Position numbers and translations under genes: made by a program. 64,000 nt of DNA from Mantamonas sphyraenae STR306 (Eukaryota > Protista > CRuMs). Each line of letters starts with the position of its first letter. Within the stretch, counting starts at the first letter, position 1. The stretch spans positions 186,001 to 250,000 of the forward strand of contig JAPMXV010000019.1 in NCBI GenBank assembly GCA_026936335.1, read 5' to 3'. A model generated the notes under the pieces. It saw only the letters and a program-made list of their open reading frames with translations, searched no databases and was not told where the DNA came from. Below, in pieces: positions 21,166 to 31,650 of this stretch.

Positions 21166-24100
21166 TCACACATCCACCTCTTCCTGTGCCTGCCTGCACT
21201 TGTGCATGTTCCACCGAGCAAGCGTGCGTAGTTCCTCTGCAGACGAGCCGTAGCGGCCGGCCGCATCGGGCTGGCCTGCAAAGTGCGGGTCAATCGTGCT
21301 GAATATCAGGCGTTCAAACCGCAGACGTACGTCGCGAGCACATAACGGCGTGTATGTGTCGTCATGGCTGTCCCTGGCGGCCTGTTTCGTGGTCTGGTCG
21401 TCGCCTTCCACCCTGGGGGTGTCGTCGTCCAAGTTCAGATCCCCATCCGCCTCCTCCTCCTCCTGCAGGACCTCCTCATGCTTGGGCTCACTGCTGCCTG
21501 GCGTTGTGGCAGCCACTTTGGCCCACATGTTGATGGCGGGTCCGTTGAGACCGACGCAGTGGTAGATACAGGCCATGTTGTACAGGCTCTCGAGGTTGTT
21601 GTTGCGCAGCTCACGGTAGCGTTGCAGGAATCGCAGGCCGTCCTGGAGCAGGGTGTGATTGTACGTGTGCGAGTTGCTCTTGTAGTTGGAGCACAGGTTG
21701 AGGTAGGCCAGCATGAGGAGCATGGTGGGTTCGTTGCGGCCATAGCCTTCGTCAAACAATTCGCGCACCTTGTGCTTCTCGTGAACAGGGTGCACAGGGT
21801 GGCCGTCGTAGCCAGCCTGGGCCATGCCCATGGCCGTCACAAACACGTTGACGTTGTCTTTTCCGGACAGGCGTGCGTTCTGCATGCGCTTGCTCACCTG
21901 TGGCCACACGTCTGGCTCAACGCGGAGGAAGTGGCCGAGGAGGTTGAGCACAATTGTCTGCTCCATGTTCTGCATGCCGCGGAACTGCTTGCCATTGTTG
22001 AACAACTCCACAGCCGCTTGTTTGCGTTCTGTGTGCAGGTATACGACGAGCAACAGGCACGTGATGGGTTTGACCAGTTTCGTTTTGGATTTGGTGCCAT
22101 TGGACACCACCAAACGCATCAATCCCAGCGCATCTTCCACGCGGTCTCGACAGACCAGAGCCATCAGATAGACCAGTAGAGGATGTCGCATCGAATCTGC
22201 ATCCTCCTCCTGCACGCTGGGGTCAACCATGTCTGCCAGAGCCTTTACCATGCTGAGGGTGTCGCGCGTGCCCTCCAGCAGCAGCCGATCCATGACATCC
22301 ACCAGATCCATGTCGTCCTCAAGCTGCAGCGCTTGTTCCAGCTTTGAGTACACTCGCTGCACCTCCTGCACGCACAGGGCATCCTCGCTGGTGCCGCGAC
22401 GACCACCGCCGCCGCCGCCGCGTCTTGAAGTGCCCGCGCCAACGCTACCATCGTCAATCGAATACAAATTCGACGGCGAGGACGATGTGTACGATGACAT
22501 TGAGGACGAGGACGAGGACGAGGATGATGATGATGATGATGATGTCGCAGCTGCAGTGGATGACGACGACTGGCTGGTTCGCAACTTTTCGCCGCGGATC
22601 CAGGTACGAAGCGTGCTGTACAAGGTTGCGTCGTCGTCGTCGTCGTCGTCGTCGTCGGCATTGTCTGACACCTGCCTTTCCATGTGCGCGTTGATGATGG
22701 AAGCGATGGCAAATATGCGGTGCGGAGTGGGTTGCGGCACACGAAGCTTGTCAAAGTGATCTGCGGTTTCGCCAAGCACAGAGACGATGCTGGCCAGCTG
22801 GGCAGGCAACTCCAGCGCAATGGCCGAGTCCACCAAATCGGGAAGGAGCTGCGCAGCCATGGCACGCATGGAGGGTGTGTGTGCAACGCTGTCGAGCGGG
22901 TTGTGCAACGCATCCCACAGGCGCACGAGCACACTGAGAGCGAGCTTGCGTGCGCGCAATAGCTGCTGCCTGCGCACACCTGAATTGATGAGCCTCTTGC
23001 GCGGCTGAACGAGCTCAAAGCACACTTTGCGCACCGTCTGGGCATCCTTGTCCAGAGCAAGTGGCACGTGAAGGGACATTTCAAGCAGCTCGTGCAGCTG
23101 ATCCGTTTCTTCGGCCAGATACATGTACACGTGGACACATTGCATGAGGGAGGACAGGTTGCTGTGCATGGGGTTGACGTCTAGGCCCCTGCGCTGCACA
23201 ACTGTGTCGTAGGCGCGGATGCAGGCAGCCGCCTCAAGCACACAGTTCATCTCCATGCAAAAATGCAAAAGTTGTTCCATAAAGGTGTTGTTGGGCAGCG
23301 CAAGGTCAGGCCAGCCTGCGCCCCAGCTGGTAAGCTCGGGCTTCCACTTGCGGCCGCGCACCCGGTTGCTTAGCGGCTGCAAACTCTCATCGATGTCGTC
23401 CAAGCCCGAAGGCACACCGTTGGACAGCATGTACGCATGGAAGGTCAGCAGCATGCACTTGAGGGCCTGTGAGCGCTTGCTCCTTTTCCACATTGTCAGG
23501 GCAAACGAATGGGCAACCGTGTCGTGTTTGAATCCACGCGCAGGGTGCTTCAGGTAAGCCTCCATGTTTTTGCTCACTGCCTCGTACTGCTTGCCTGCCT
23601 GGATATTGGCACCAGTGCGCAGGAAATAGTTGTGCACAACCGTGTACCTGTGCGTGAGGCGTGGTTGGAAGTGTCAGAGTGGCCAGCCCAAAAAACCGGA
23701 ACCCAGCTGCTCACTTACTGGTCGCGCTGTTGGTTCAGCATGGTGATCATGCGCTTGATGGTGCCATAGAGAATGGCAATGACCTTTTCTGTGGCGACAT
23801 TTCCTGCGAGCGTGACTGTGGGCAAGGGCATGTACTGGATGGACACGGCAACGTAGCGAGCGCAGTGCAACCAATGCACACGCTCGTCGAGGGCGGTGCT
23901 GAGCAGTTCCAAACTCTGCTCCATCATCTGTTCCAGCGTGTTCTGGTCCATTTCTGGATCGTGGAGCATGCGCACAAGGCGTCCTATCTGTACGTGCAGG
24001 GTGACGATGCCGTTGATCCGGTTGCTCTCCACCTTGGTTCGCTGCTCCTCCAGTTGCGACAGAAACCCTGTGACGCGCGGCGTGTACTCCCAAGGTGTGG

Positions 24101-24665
24101 GTGGGCTGCTTTGCATGATGCTGCTCCAGCGTGCGAGCACGCGCAGCGCCACTTCGTCCGCCAGGCATTTCGCTTCCTTCTCCAGCAAGGCTTCGGTGTC
24201 TGCCTGCAGTGCCACTCCCGTGTACACCTCTTCCTGCTGCTGGCTCTGTGTTTTGCTGGTGTCCACCTGTGCAGGCGCGTTGTACGCAGCCACAGACACC
24301 CAGCTCTCTGTTGACGGGACGCGCTGACGTTTGCGCGCGGGCACCAGCGCCGCGAACTCCTCCTCCTCGCCTTCCTCACCCTCATCGACCTCCTCTCGCT
24401 CACGCACACGTGATGCATGCGATGACACAGAATCGCTATCCAGCGACCCGTCGTTGTCGTCGTCAAACGCCTCGTCGTCCTCGTCCTCTGGCTCGTCCTC
24501 GTCGGGCGAGGAAGAGCTGTCGTCGTCGTGATCAAACCCACCCCCTGCCATCGCACCACCAAGCGCCACCACCTGCTCTGTGCCAAACCCCTCTTCTTGC
24601 ACATAGCCATGTTGGGACTGGCTGAACGCCTGGAATTCAGCGTCGTCCTCGTCGTCAAAGTCCAT
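21166..24665 (-). CDS. Divergent TFIIIC subunit 3 (Tfc4/GTF3C3)-like helical-repeat protein (2 exons)
   Basis: Acidic N-terminus. C-terminal HTLLQDGLRFLQRYRELR..ESLYNMACIYHCVGL resembles the GTF3C3 C-terminal signature (QGFxFLxRY..R..ExxYNxxRxxHxxGL). Intron at about 23649-23718. Confidence 0.6.
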
Positions 24666-24753
24666 GTGGAGGGGAAGTCGCTTGCGCTTTGTTTGGTTGG
24701 ACTGGTGCGTGTGTGTGTTGTGTGTGTCACCCACCCGCATGCTCACACATCTT

Positions 24754-25812
24754 CTATTCGATGGTGTCCAGTACACTGGTCAGGTCTTGGAGGAAGCGGA
24801 CGAAGCGCATGGCGTAGCGTGGGGGCGGAACGGTGCTGAGGGTGTCTGTCTCACTCTTGATGCTCTTGAACAGCTTCGCCAGCTTCTTCTTGCCATTGTA
24901 CACCTGCAAAATGTCGATGATGCCGCAAACGTACACCGTGGAGCCAACACGCCACGCTCGCGTGCTGGGTGTCCATTGGGAGTCGTTGAGGTGGTGCAGG
25001 TCCTCGTCGTCGACGTGATACACGGCCAGCAGCAGCGAGTAGTCCATGATGGCGCACATTTGCAAGAGGGCGACGTCGGAGCGCAGCTGTTCCACCCAAG
25101 CGTCACACATGTCCTGGGACGGAAAGGCGATGCGCAGGTCACCCACGTCGAGGTCCTTGCGCACGCTTGTGGGCTTGAGCGAGTCCGCATCGCCCGAGGT
25201 GCGACCTGCTGTGGATCCTTTGAGGTCAAAGAGCAGATCCATGTGGAGATGGGCCAGGTCTGTGTGTACGGGGTCAAAAACGCTGTCCATGACGAGGACG
25301 TGCTGCTTGACCCCGGAGGCGGTGTGCTCGAGTTTGTAGAGAGCCAGGAAGCGGCAGAGCATGGTGGTGGGATTGGAGCGCAGGTGGCGTGTGTATGCAG
25401 GCAGGAGTTGCAGCATGGCCTTTGCTTCATGCATGGGCAGAGTCTTGAAGACCAGACGTCCGTTTGCCGAGGCGCAGAGCATGCTGCCACTCTTGCCAGG
25501 CGATCCCATGTCGTTCACTTTCTGCTTTTCGTCCAAACACTCCAGATAGGCGTCTGTGGACCAGCCCAGGAGGGTGCGCACCTTGGCAAAGACAAAGGGC
25601 GCGTAGGCAGTGACCACTCCGTCGTCTGCCGCATCTGTGTCCTCAGTTGCCTCAAAGTCGCGTTGTTTCATGCTGCGTTGTGTCAGCTGGTCGTCGTCCC
25701 AATCACTCAGGAGTGCTGTGGCGCCCTGCAGGAGCAGCTGTGTGTGTGCCGCGGTGGACGGTGTCTCGCCGACCCCATGTTCATCATCCCCGGACCCGCC
25801 TGTGGTGCTCAT
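24754..25812 (-). CDS. Phosphatidylinositol phosphate kinase (PIP5K-family catalytic domain only)
   Basis: YAPFVF..R, GKSGS, FKTL, FDLKGS, KDLD, IMDYSLLL, GIIDILQ. Confidence 0.9.
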   Translation of the reverse strand: MSTTGGSGDDEHGVGETPSTAAHTQLLLQGATALLSDWDDDQLTQRSMKQRDFEATEDTDAADDGVVTAYAPFVFAKVRTLLGWSTDAYLECLDEKQKVNDMGSPGKSGSMLCASANGRLVFKTLPMHEAKAMLQLLPAYTRHLRSNPTTMLCRFLALYKLEHTASGVKQHVLVMDSVFDPVHTDLAHLHMDLLFDLKGSTAGRTSGDADSLKPTSVRKDLDVGDLRIAFPSQDMCDAWVEQLRSDVALLQMCAIMDYSLLLAVYHVDDEDLHHLNDSQWTPSTRAWRVGSTVYVCGIIDILQVYNGKKKLAKLFKSIKSETDTLSTVPPPRYAMRFVRFLQDLTSVLDTIE

Positions 25813-26002
25813 GGCAGTGGTGGTACAACGAAAAGTCGGGGTTGCAAGTGCAAGCGGACGAATCGGAGGCAGGAGGGGGATTTGAGCTGGGAGAGCGAGA
25901 GCAAGAGAGCGCAAGGGACGACAGACATGGAAGCAGCGGTTTTTTGTTTGTTGGTGTTGGGTCCAGGTCCACAACACGGAGGATCCTCGGTTCTGGAATT
26001 CT

Positions 26003-27077
26003 TCAGTTCTTCTCAGGCACGAGGTCGGGCAGGTCGTCGTCGTCCGAGTCCTCCTCGTCAAAGTTAAGGCCGTCGAGGCCACCCGCACCGCCAGCACCGC
26101 CAGCGTTGAGCTGGGCCATCATCTGGGACAGGTCCATGCCACCGGCACCACCCATGCCACCCATGCCACCCATGCCACCCATGCCACCCATGCCTCCCAT
26201 GCCTCCGCCACCCATCATCTGGCTAAAGTCCATGCCCGACGTGTCAAACGCGTTCTCGTCCTCGCTGTCGTCCTCGTCACGCCAGCGGGCCCAGTCGATG
26301 GAGATGAACTTGAGCTTCTTCTCCTTGACCAGGTAGGGCCAGTAGCCGTCGTCCTGCTTGGTGAGCAGGAACTGAGTGTCACGGCCGCGCACAAGCATCT
26401 TTGCGTCCTGTGGGTTGTTGGTGACCAGGCATTCGGGTGTGTGAGAGTCGTGTGTTTATGTGCGCATGTGTGTATGTGTGCGTGGGTATGTGTGCAGGAC
26501 GTTGATGCGTGTGCGTCGTGTGTTGTGCAACGACCCGCCGTTTGTGCGTCGCAGGCGGAAATGCAAGGCGGAAACTGGCCTGTGGTCGCCCTGCACAAAT
26601 ACTGTGCTGGCGTCTGGATGCACATGCGCTCTGTACTGTACACTCACCTCTGTGTTGACCTGCTTGTACAGGTTGAGTTCGACAGAATAGCGCTTGCCCT
26701 CGTCCTTGTTGGTGCCGGCAAACACGAGCTTTTCCGCCTCCAGGGTGTGTTCCACATCGGCAAGATCAGCCACGTCGATGGTGATCCACAGCGAGTCTGC
26801 ACGCTGGGCCCACTTGACGCTTGGGGTCACATTGCTCAGGTTGTCCGAAGTGCTGTTTCAGTGGTGAGCAGTTGTGTGAGTGCTCATGGGCGTGTGTACG
26901 TGTGGGTGTGTTTCCGTCTTGAGAGAGGGCCCTCCAAACCCATGGTCGCACTCCAACGAGCGACTAGGACCGAACCAGCACATCCACAGCGCATGTGCAA
27001 ACGTGTGCAGAGTCCAAGACGAGTGTGCGTGCGTGTGTGTGCGTGCGTGTGTGTGTGCATGGCAAAGCATACCTCAT
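26003..27077 (-). CDS. PTGES3: Hsp90 co-chaperone p23 (CS domain) with GGM-repeat tail (3 exons)
   Basis: Spliced MS|TSDNLSNVTPSVKWAQR..., YWPYL, ISIDWARWRDEDD, MGG repeats, DDLPDL. Confidence 0.9.
26150..26212. repeat. 9-bp coding minisatellite (CCCATGCCA)n encoding GGM repeats
   Basis: Tandem 9-mers directly visible. Confidence 0.9.
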
Positions 27078-27126
27078 GTTGGTGGTTTCGTTTGTTTTGG
27101 GGTGACTCCACATGCGCTGCACTTGT

Positions 27127-27975
27127 TCATCGCTTGACCCACTGGAAGGCACGCCTGGCCTTCTTGCGCCCGGCCTTCTTGCGTTCCACAACACGCGGGT
27201 CGCGTGTGAGCAGGCCGTACGGCTTGAGGGCAGGACGCAGGCTTGGGTCTGTGGCCACCAGCGCCTTGCTGATGCCATGGCGCACGGCTCCAGCCTGTCC
27301 CGTGAGTCCACCACCCTTGACGGTGCACTCGACGTCGTACTGACCCCACTGGCCAGTGACCATGAAGGGTTGCAGGAGCAAACCCACGTGGGCCTCTCTG
27401 CCAAAGTACTCCGTGTGTTCCTTGCCATTGATGATCACCTGTCCACTGCCACTGCGCAGCCATACGCGGGCCACAGCCTCCTTGCGCTTGCCTGTGGCAT
27501 ACACGCGGCCAAGTGCGTCTGACGTGGCCGCGCGCCTTGCGCCCATTCCACTCGAGCTCCCTGCGCCTGCACCCAGACCCTGCTGTCCCGCAGAGTTAAG
27601 TGCCTCCTCCAGTGCTTGTATTTGCATGTCCACCTGAGCCTGCACGTCCTCGTCAAACCCGTCCTCGTCCCGTCCGCTGCCGCTGCGCGCATGCGCCTCC
27701 GCCGTCGCCACTTCCGTCACCTCTGCGCGCCCCTGCTTCCTGGCCAGGTATTTTTCAAACTCTTCCTCACTCATGCGCTCCTCTGCTGGGATGAACGAAA
27801 AGTCTGCGTTCACAAACTCGTCGCTCAGGCCCTGCTTGTCCCGGTTGCGCTCGTGTTGCTGCGCCGAGCTTGCGCCCGTGTGCACTTCGCACCGCTGTAC
27901 CACCATTCCCACCACCTGTCGCCCTACGCCACTTTCCAACGCCACTCTGCCACTATGCAACCCTCGTGCAAACAT
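27127..27975 (-). CDS. MRPS9: Mitochondrial ribosomal protein uS9m
   Basis: [60 protein letters not shown]; presequence-like MFARGL. Confidence 0.93.
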   Translation of the reverse strand: MFARGLHSGRVALESGVGRQVVGMVVQRCEVHTGASSAQQHERNRDKQGLSDEFVNADFSFIPAEERMSEEEFEKYLARKQGRAEVTEVATAEAHARSGSGRDEDGFDEDVQAQVDMQIQALEEALNSAGQQGLGAGAGSSSGMGARRAATSDALGRVYATGKRKEAVARVWLRSGSGQVIINGKEHTEYFGREAHVGLLLQPFMVTGQWGQYDVECTVKGGGLTGQAGAVRHGISKALVATDPSLRPALKPYGLLTRDPRVVERKKAGRKKARRAFQWVKR

Positions 27976-28264
27976 CCACGTGTGTCCTCTCTGAAATGGA
28001 GTGGTTGGCTGCGCTCGCGATTGACACCCACAATTCTGTCCATGTCTGCAGCCTGCTCGCGGTGAACATGCATTGCAGACTGCATTGTTGGACGTGGATG
28101 CCACCTTGCCTGCACGTAGGGTTGCGGGTGGATGCCGCAAGCGGGGCCACCCGAACTGCAAAAAGTTTACTCCTGTGAGTGCTTCTGCGTTTTCCTTCTT
28201 CGCCTCCCACGCCCCGAAATCGCCCCGCTGACACCCAACACGCGCCACGCAGACACAAACCCAC

Positions 28265-30384
28265 ATGTTCTCTCGTGTTGCTCGCCCTGCCTTTACCAAC
28301 ACCGCTGCGGTAGGTTGAGACCCGTCTCGAGAGCCTGTGTGGGCCGATCTTGTGCGAGTCGAAGTTCCGCAAGCGCATTGAGTCTGACACCGAAACCCCC
28401 TTCCCCGTGCCCCATTCTCATTCATCCCCATGCTCCCAACTGCACACAGATCTCGCGCGTCGGCTCCTCCGCCGCCCCGTCCGCTGTCGGTGCCTCTCGT
28501 GGCTATGCCACGCAGGACCAGTCGGGTGTACGTTGCGTTTTCGTTTGGCTTTTCGGCCCGCGAAAGGATTTCCTCCGAAACCCTCTTGGCGCACGTGCGC
28601 CTGCAGTAGGCTGCCTGTGCATGTGTACAGCGTCATGCTCGTGCACTCCTGCTCTGGGGCCGCAGAGTACCAGCCATACAATTTCCCTGCAAGCTTGGTA
28701 CTTCCCTGCTGCCGCCCGGCCTCTGCCACACACGCAAAAAGCTGACGCCCCAACTGTTCGGCGCTTTTTCCTGCGCAGCTGCTGGACCGCATGATGGAGC
28801 TGGTGCCCGAGAAGCAGGCCGAGGTGATTGACACCAAGAAGAAGTACGGCAGCGAGATTCTCGGCACGTGCACCGTTGACCAGGTATGTTGCAAACGGCG
28901 CAAAAGGTGTCCTCCGCTTCCGTCACGGTTTTCCATCCACTGCGCCCTCGCCACTGTGCCCATGTGCTGACCCCTTTGGTGTGCCCTTTTGGTTGCCCCC
29001 CACGAATTGTCCTTTGTACCTACTGCTCGCTGCGTGCGTGGCACCCGTCATCCCAACCACAGGCGTACGGAGGCATCCGCGACGTCTCGTGCATGGTCAC
29101 CGAGACCTCTCTGCTGGACCCAGAGGAGGTAGGTCTCCACACATGCCCACAGACACAGGCTGTGCACAGACGATGATCACACCACTCACACACACACGCA
29201 CACACTCACATGTGACTCATTTCCTACCCTGCGCGCACTTGCCTCAGGGCATCCGCTTCCGAGGCCTGTCCATCCCCGAGTGCCAGGAGCAGCTGCCCAA
29301 GGCTGAGGGAGGTGAGGAGCCGCTGGCCGAGTCGCTGCTGTGGCTGCTGTTCACGGGCGAGGTGCCCACCACGGAGCAGGTGCGTGCTCTGAGCGCTGAG
29401 CTGGAGAGCCGCGCACAGATTCCGGAGCACGTGAGCCAGGTGCTGGCCAACATGAAGAACTGCCACCCGATGTCGCAGTTCATTGCCGGTGTGACCGCAG
29501 CCAACTCGGACTCGCTGTTTGCCAAGGCCTACCGTGAGGGCATCAACAAGAAGGAGTACTGGAAGGTTGCGTTTGAGGACTCGCTCAACGTGATTGCCCG
29601 CGTGCCCGTCATCGCCGCACAGATCTACCAGAACACGTACCGCGACGGAGTGCTGCCCGAGGCCCCCAAGGGTGGCGACTACGACATGGGCAAGGCCTTT
29701 GCCACGCAGCTGGGCTTTGGTGACAACCACGACTTTGTCGAGCTCATGCGCCTGTACCTGGTGATCCACTCGGACCACGAGGGAGGCAACGTGTCTGCAC
29801 ACACCACCCACCTGGTTGGCTCCGCCCTGTCCGACCCCTACCTGTCGCTGGCCGGCGGTCTGGCTGGTCTGGCTGGACCCCTGCACGGCCTGGCCAACCA
29901 GGAGGTGCTGCGCTGGCTGCTCCACGTGCGCGAGGAGACCGGCAACCGCGACCTGACCAAGGAGGAGCTCACGCAGTACTGCTGGGACACCCTCAACTCA
30001 GGCAAGGTCATCCCGGGTTTCGGCCACGCTGTGCTTCGCAAGACCGACCCGCGTTACATGTGCCAGCGTGAGTTTGCCCAGAAGCATCTGCCGGACGACC
30101 CCATGTTCAAGCTGGTGTCTGACCTGTACGAGGTTGTGCCCAAGGTCCTCACCGAGCAGGGCAAGACCAAGAACCCCTGGCCCAACGTCGATGCCCACTC
30201 GGGTGTCCTCCTCCAATACTACAACCTCAACGAGTTTGACTACTACACCGTCATGTTTGGCGTCTCCCGCGCCCTCGGTGTGCTCCCGTCGCTCGTCTGG
30301 GACCGCGCCCTGGGCCTGCCCATCGAGCGCCCCAAGAGCGTCACCACCGAGTGGATCCGCGCCAACTTTGGCAACGAGCAGTGA
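28265..30384 (+). CDS. CS: Mitochondrial citrate synthase (5 exons)
   Basis: MFSRVARP presequence; TVDQ|AYGGIR..SLLDPEE|[51 protein letters not shown]. Confidence 0.97.
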
Positions 30385-30528
30385 GCGACCGCACGCCCTG
30401 CTGCTTGTGTGTGATAGAGTGAGTGAGTCAGTGAGTGTGTGTGTGTGTGTGCGTGCGTGGGTGGCATGCCAAGACCGCATGGGATCCGACAAACAAAACG
30501 GCTGTATTCATCTCAATTTTCAGCTCAA

Positions 30529-31587
30529 TTAATTTGTTTTCCAGCTGCCTCCACCTCGCTGTGTGCGTACCCACAGCACAACGACTGCGAGCAGCACGGG
30601 TAGCGTGATGGCCACGGCGCCCGTAGTGCCTAGTTGGCCAAACAGGCCGCTGGGCTTTTGCTGTGCGGGGTTTCGCACCACCGAGCGAACGTGGCCTCGC
30701 TGACAGACGTAGGGCACGCGGCGAGAGCACAGATCCAGACGCACAGTGCCGTCTTGGTCGATGAGTGCACACTGGTTGGGTTTGTTGCGATTCAGCTTGC
30801 TGTTGGGCCCCGGTGCAGCCGCGTCCTTCTCGTCCACGTCGCTGGCCAGCAGACGCGCCACCTCAGAGGTGGGCTCCAGCAAGCCACGCTCCTCATCGCT
30901 CCAACGAAGGCGCACGTCACCCATGGTGTTGTGCAGGCCGAGCCAGGTGGGGCCGCCGGCGGTGATGTTTGCGCGCACCGCTTCGACGTCAGCCAACGAG
31001 TCCACGCCAGAGAGCAGATGGCCACCGGATGCAAGACAGGCAGCCTCGGCGCGGTCCCAGGCAGCGATTTGCTTTCCATCGCCGCCGTAGTATCGGAACA
31101 TGACCCCCTTCTGGAGGGTGGTGTCCCAGTCGGCGACGCTTGCCGAGTCGTAGTGGGCTCGTTTGTCCTGCACATACTCCACAAGCGCCTCCTTGGTGCG
31201 TGCACCCGTGTACACGTCGCCCTCGCTACTTCCACCGGCAAAGAACTTGATGGTTGGGTAGCCACGGACGCCCTCGGCGTCACACAGCGAACCGTGAGTC
31301 ACGCAGTTAACCTCGGCAATCACCACAGCCGCGTCTCGGGCAAAGTGCTCCGCCACCTCTTTGTATGTCGGTGCCAATGCCTGGCAATGGCCACACCACG
31401 GGGCAAAGAATTTGACCAGAGTGTCGTGCTCCTTGCTGCTCACAGTGCTTGCAAACACAGACGGATCCAAGTCCACAACGTCGTTGGCGTCGGCATGCAC
31501 CGTGGGAACCAGCAGCAACGATGCCACACACACACACGCCATCATGATGGCCATTACCATCCTTGTGCTGCCAAACAGCGGCGACAT
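30529..31587 (-). CDS. Type I membrane protein: signal peptide + PDI-type thioredoxin domain + C-type lectin-like domain + TM
   Basis: KFFAPWCGHCQALAP..GVRGYPTIKFF; WDRAEAAC..GGHLLS..TWLGL..RWSD..QCA..C..PYVCQ; hydrophobic AVAITLPVLLAVVVLW near the C-terminus. Confidence 0.85.
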   Translation of the reverse strand: MSPLFGSTRMVMAIMMACVCVASLLLVPTVHADANDVVDLDPSVFASTVSSKEHDTLVKFFAPWCGHCQALAPTYKEVAEHFARDAAVVIAEVNCVTHGSLCDAEGVRGYPTIKFFAGGSSEGDVYTGARTKEALVEYVQDKRAHYDSASVADWDTTLQKGVMFRYYGGDGKQIAAWDRAEAACLASGGHLLSGVDSLADVEAVRANITAGGPTWLGLHNTMGDVRLRWSDEERGLLEPTSEVARLLASDVDEKDAAAPGPNSKLNRNKPNQCALIDQDGTVRLDLCSRRVPYVCQRGHVRSVVRNPAQQKPSGLFGQLGTTGAVAITLPVLLAVVVLWVRTQRGGGSWKTN

Positions 31588-31650
31588 GTCCTGTGCCTGT
31601 GCTCTGTGTGGGATTGCTGGCACTCGCGCACCCAACGCAAGCAAAGATTC

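Noticed and set aside
26150-26212. Short tandem repeats as a CRISPR-like array
   Set aside because: No spacers; they encode the GGM tail typical of p23 in a eukaryotic gene
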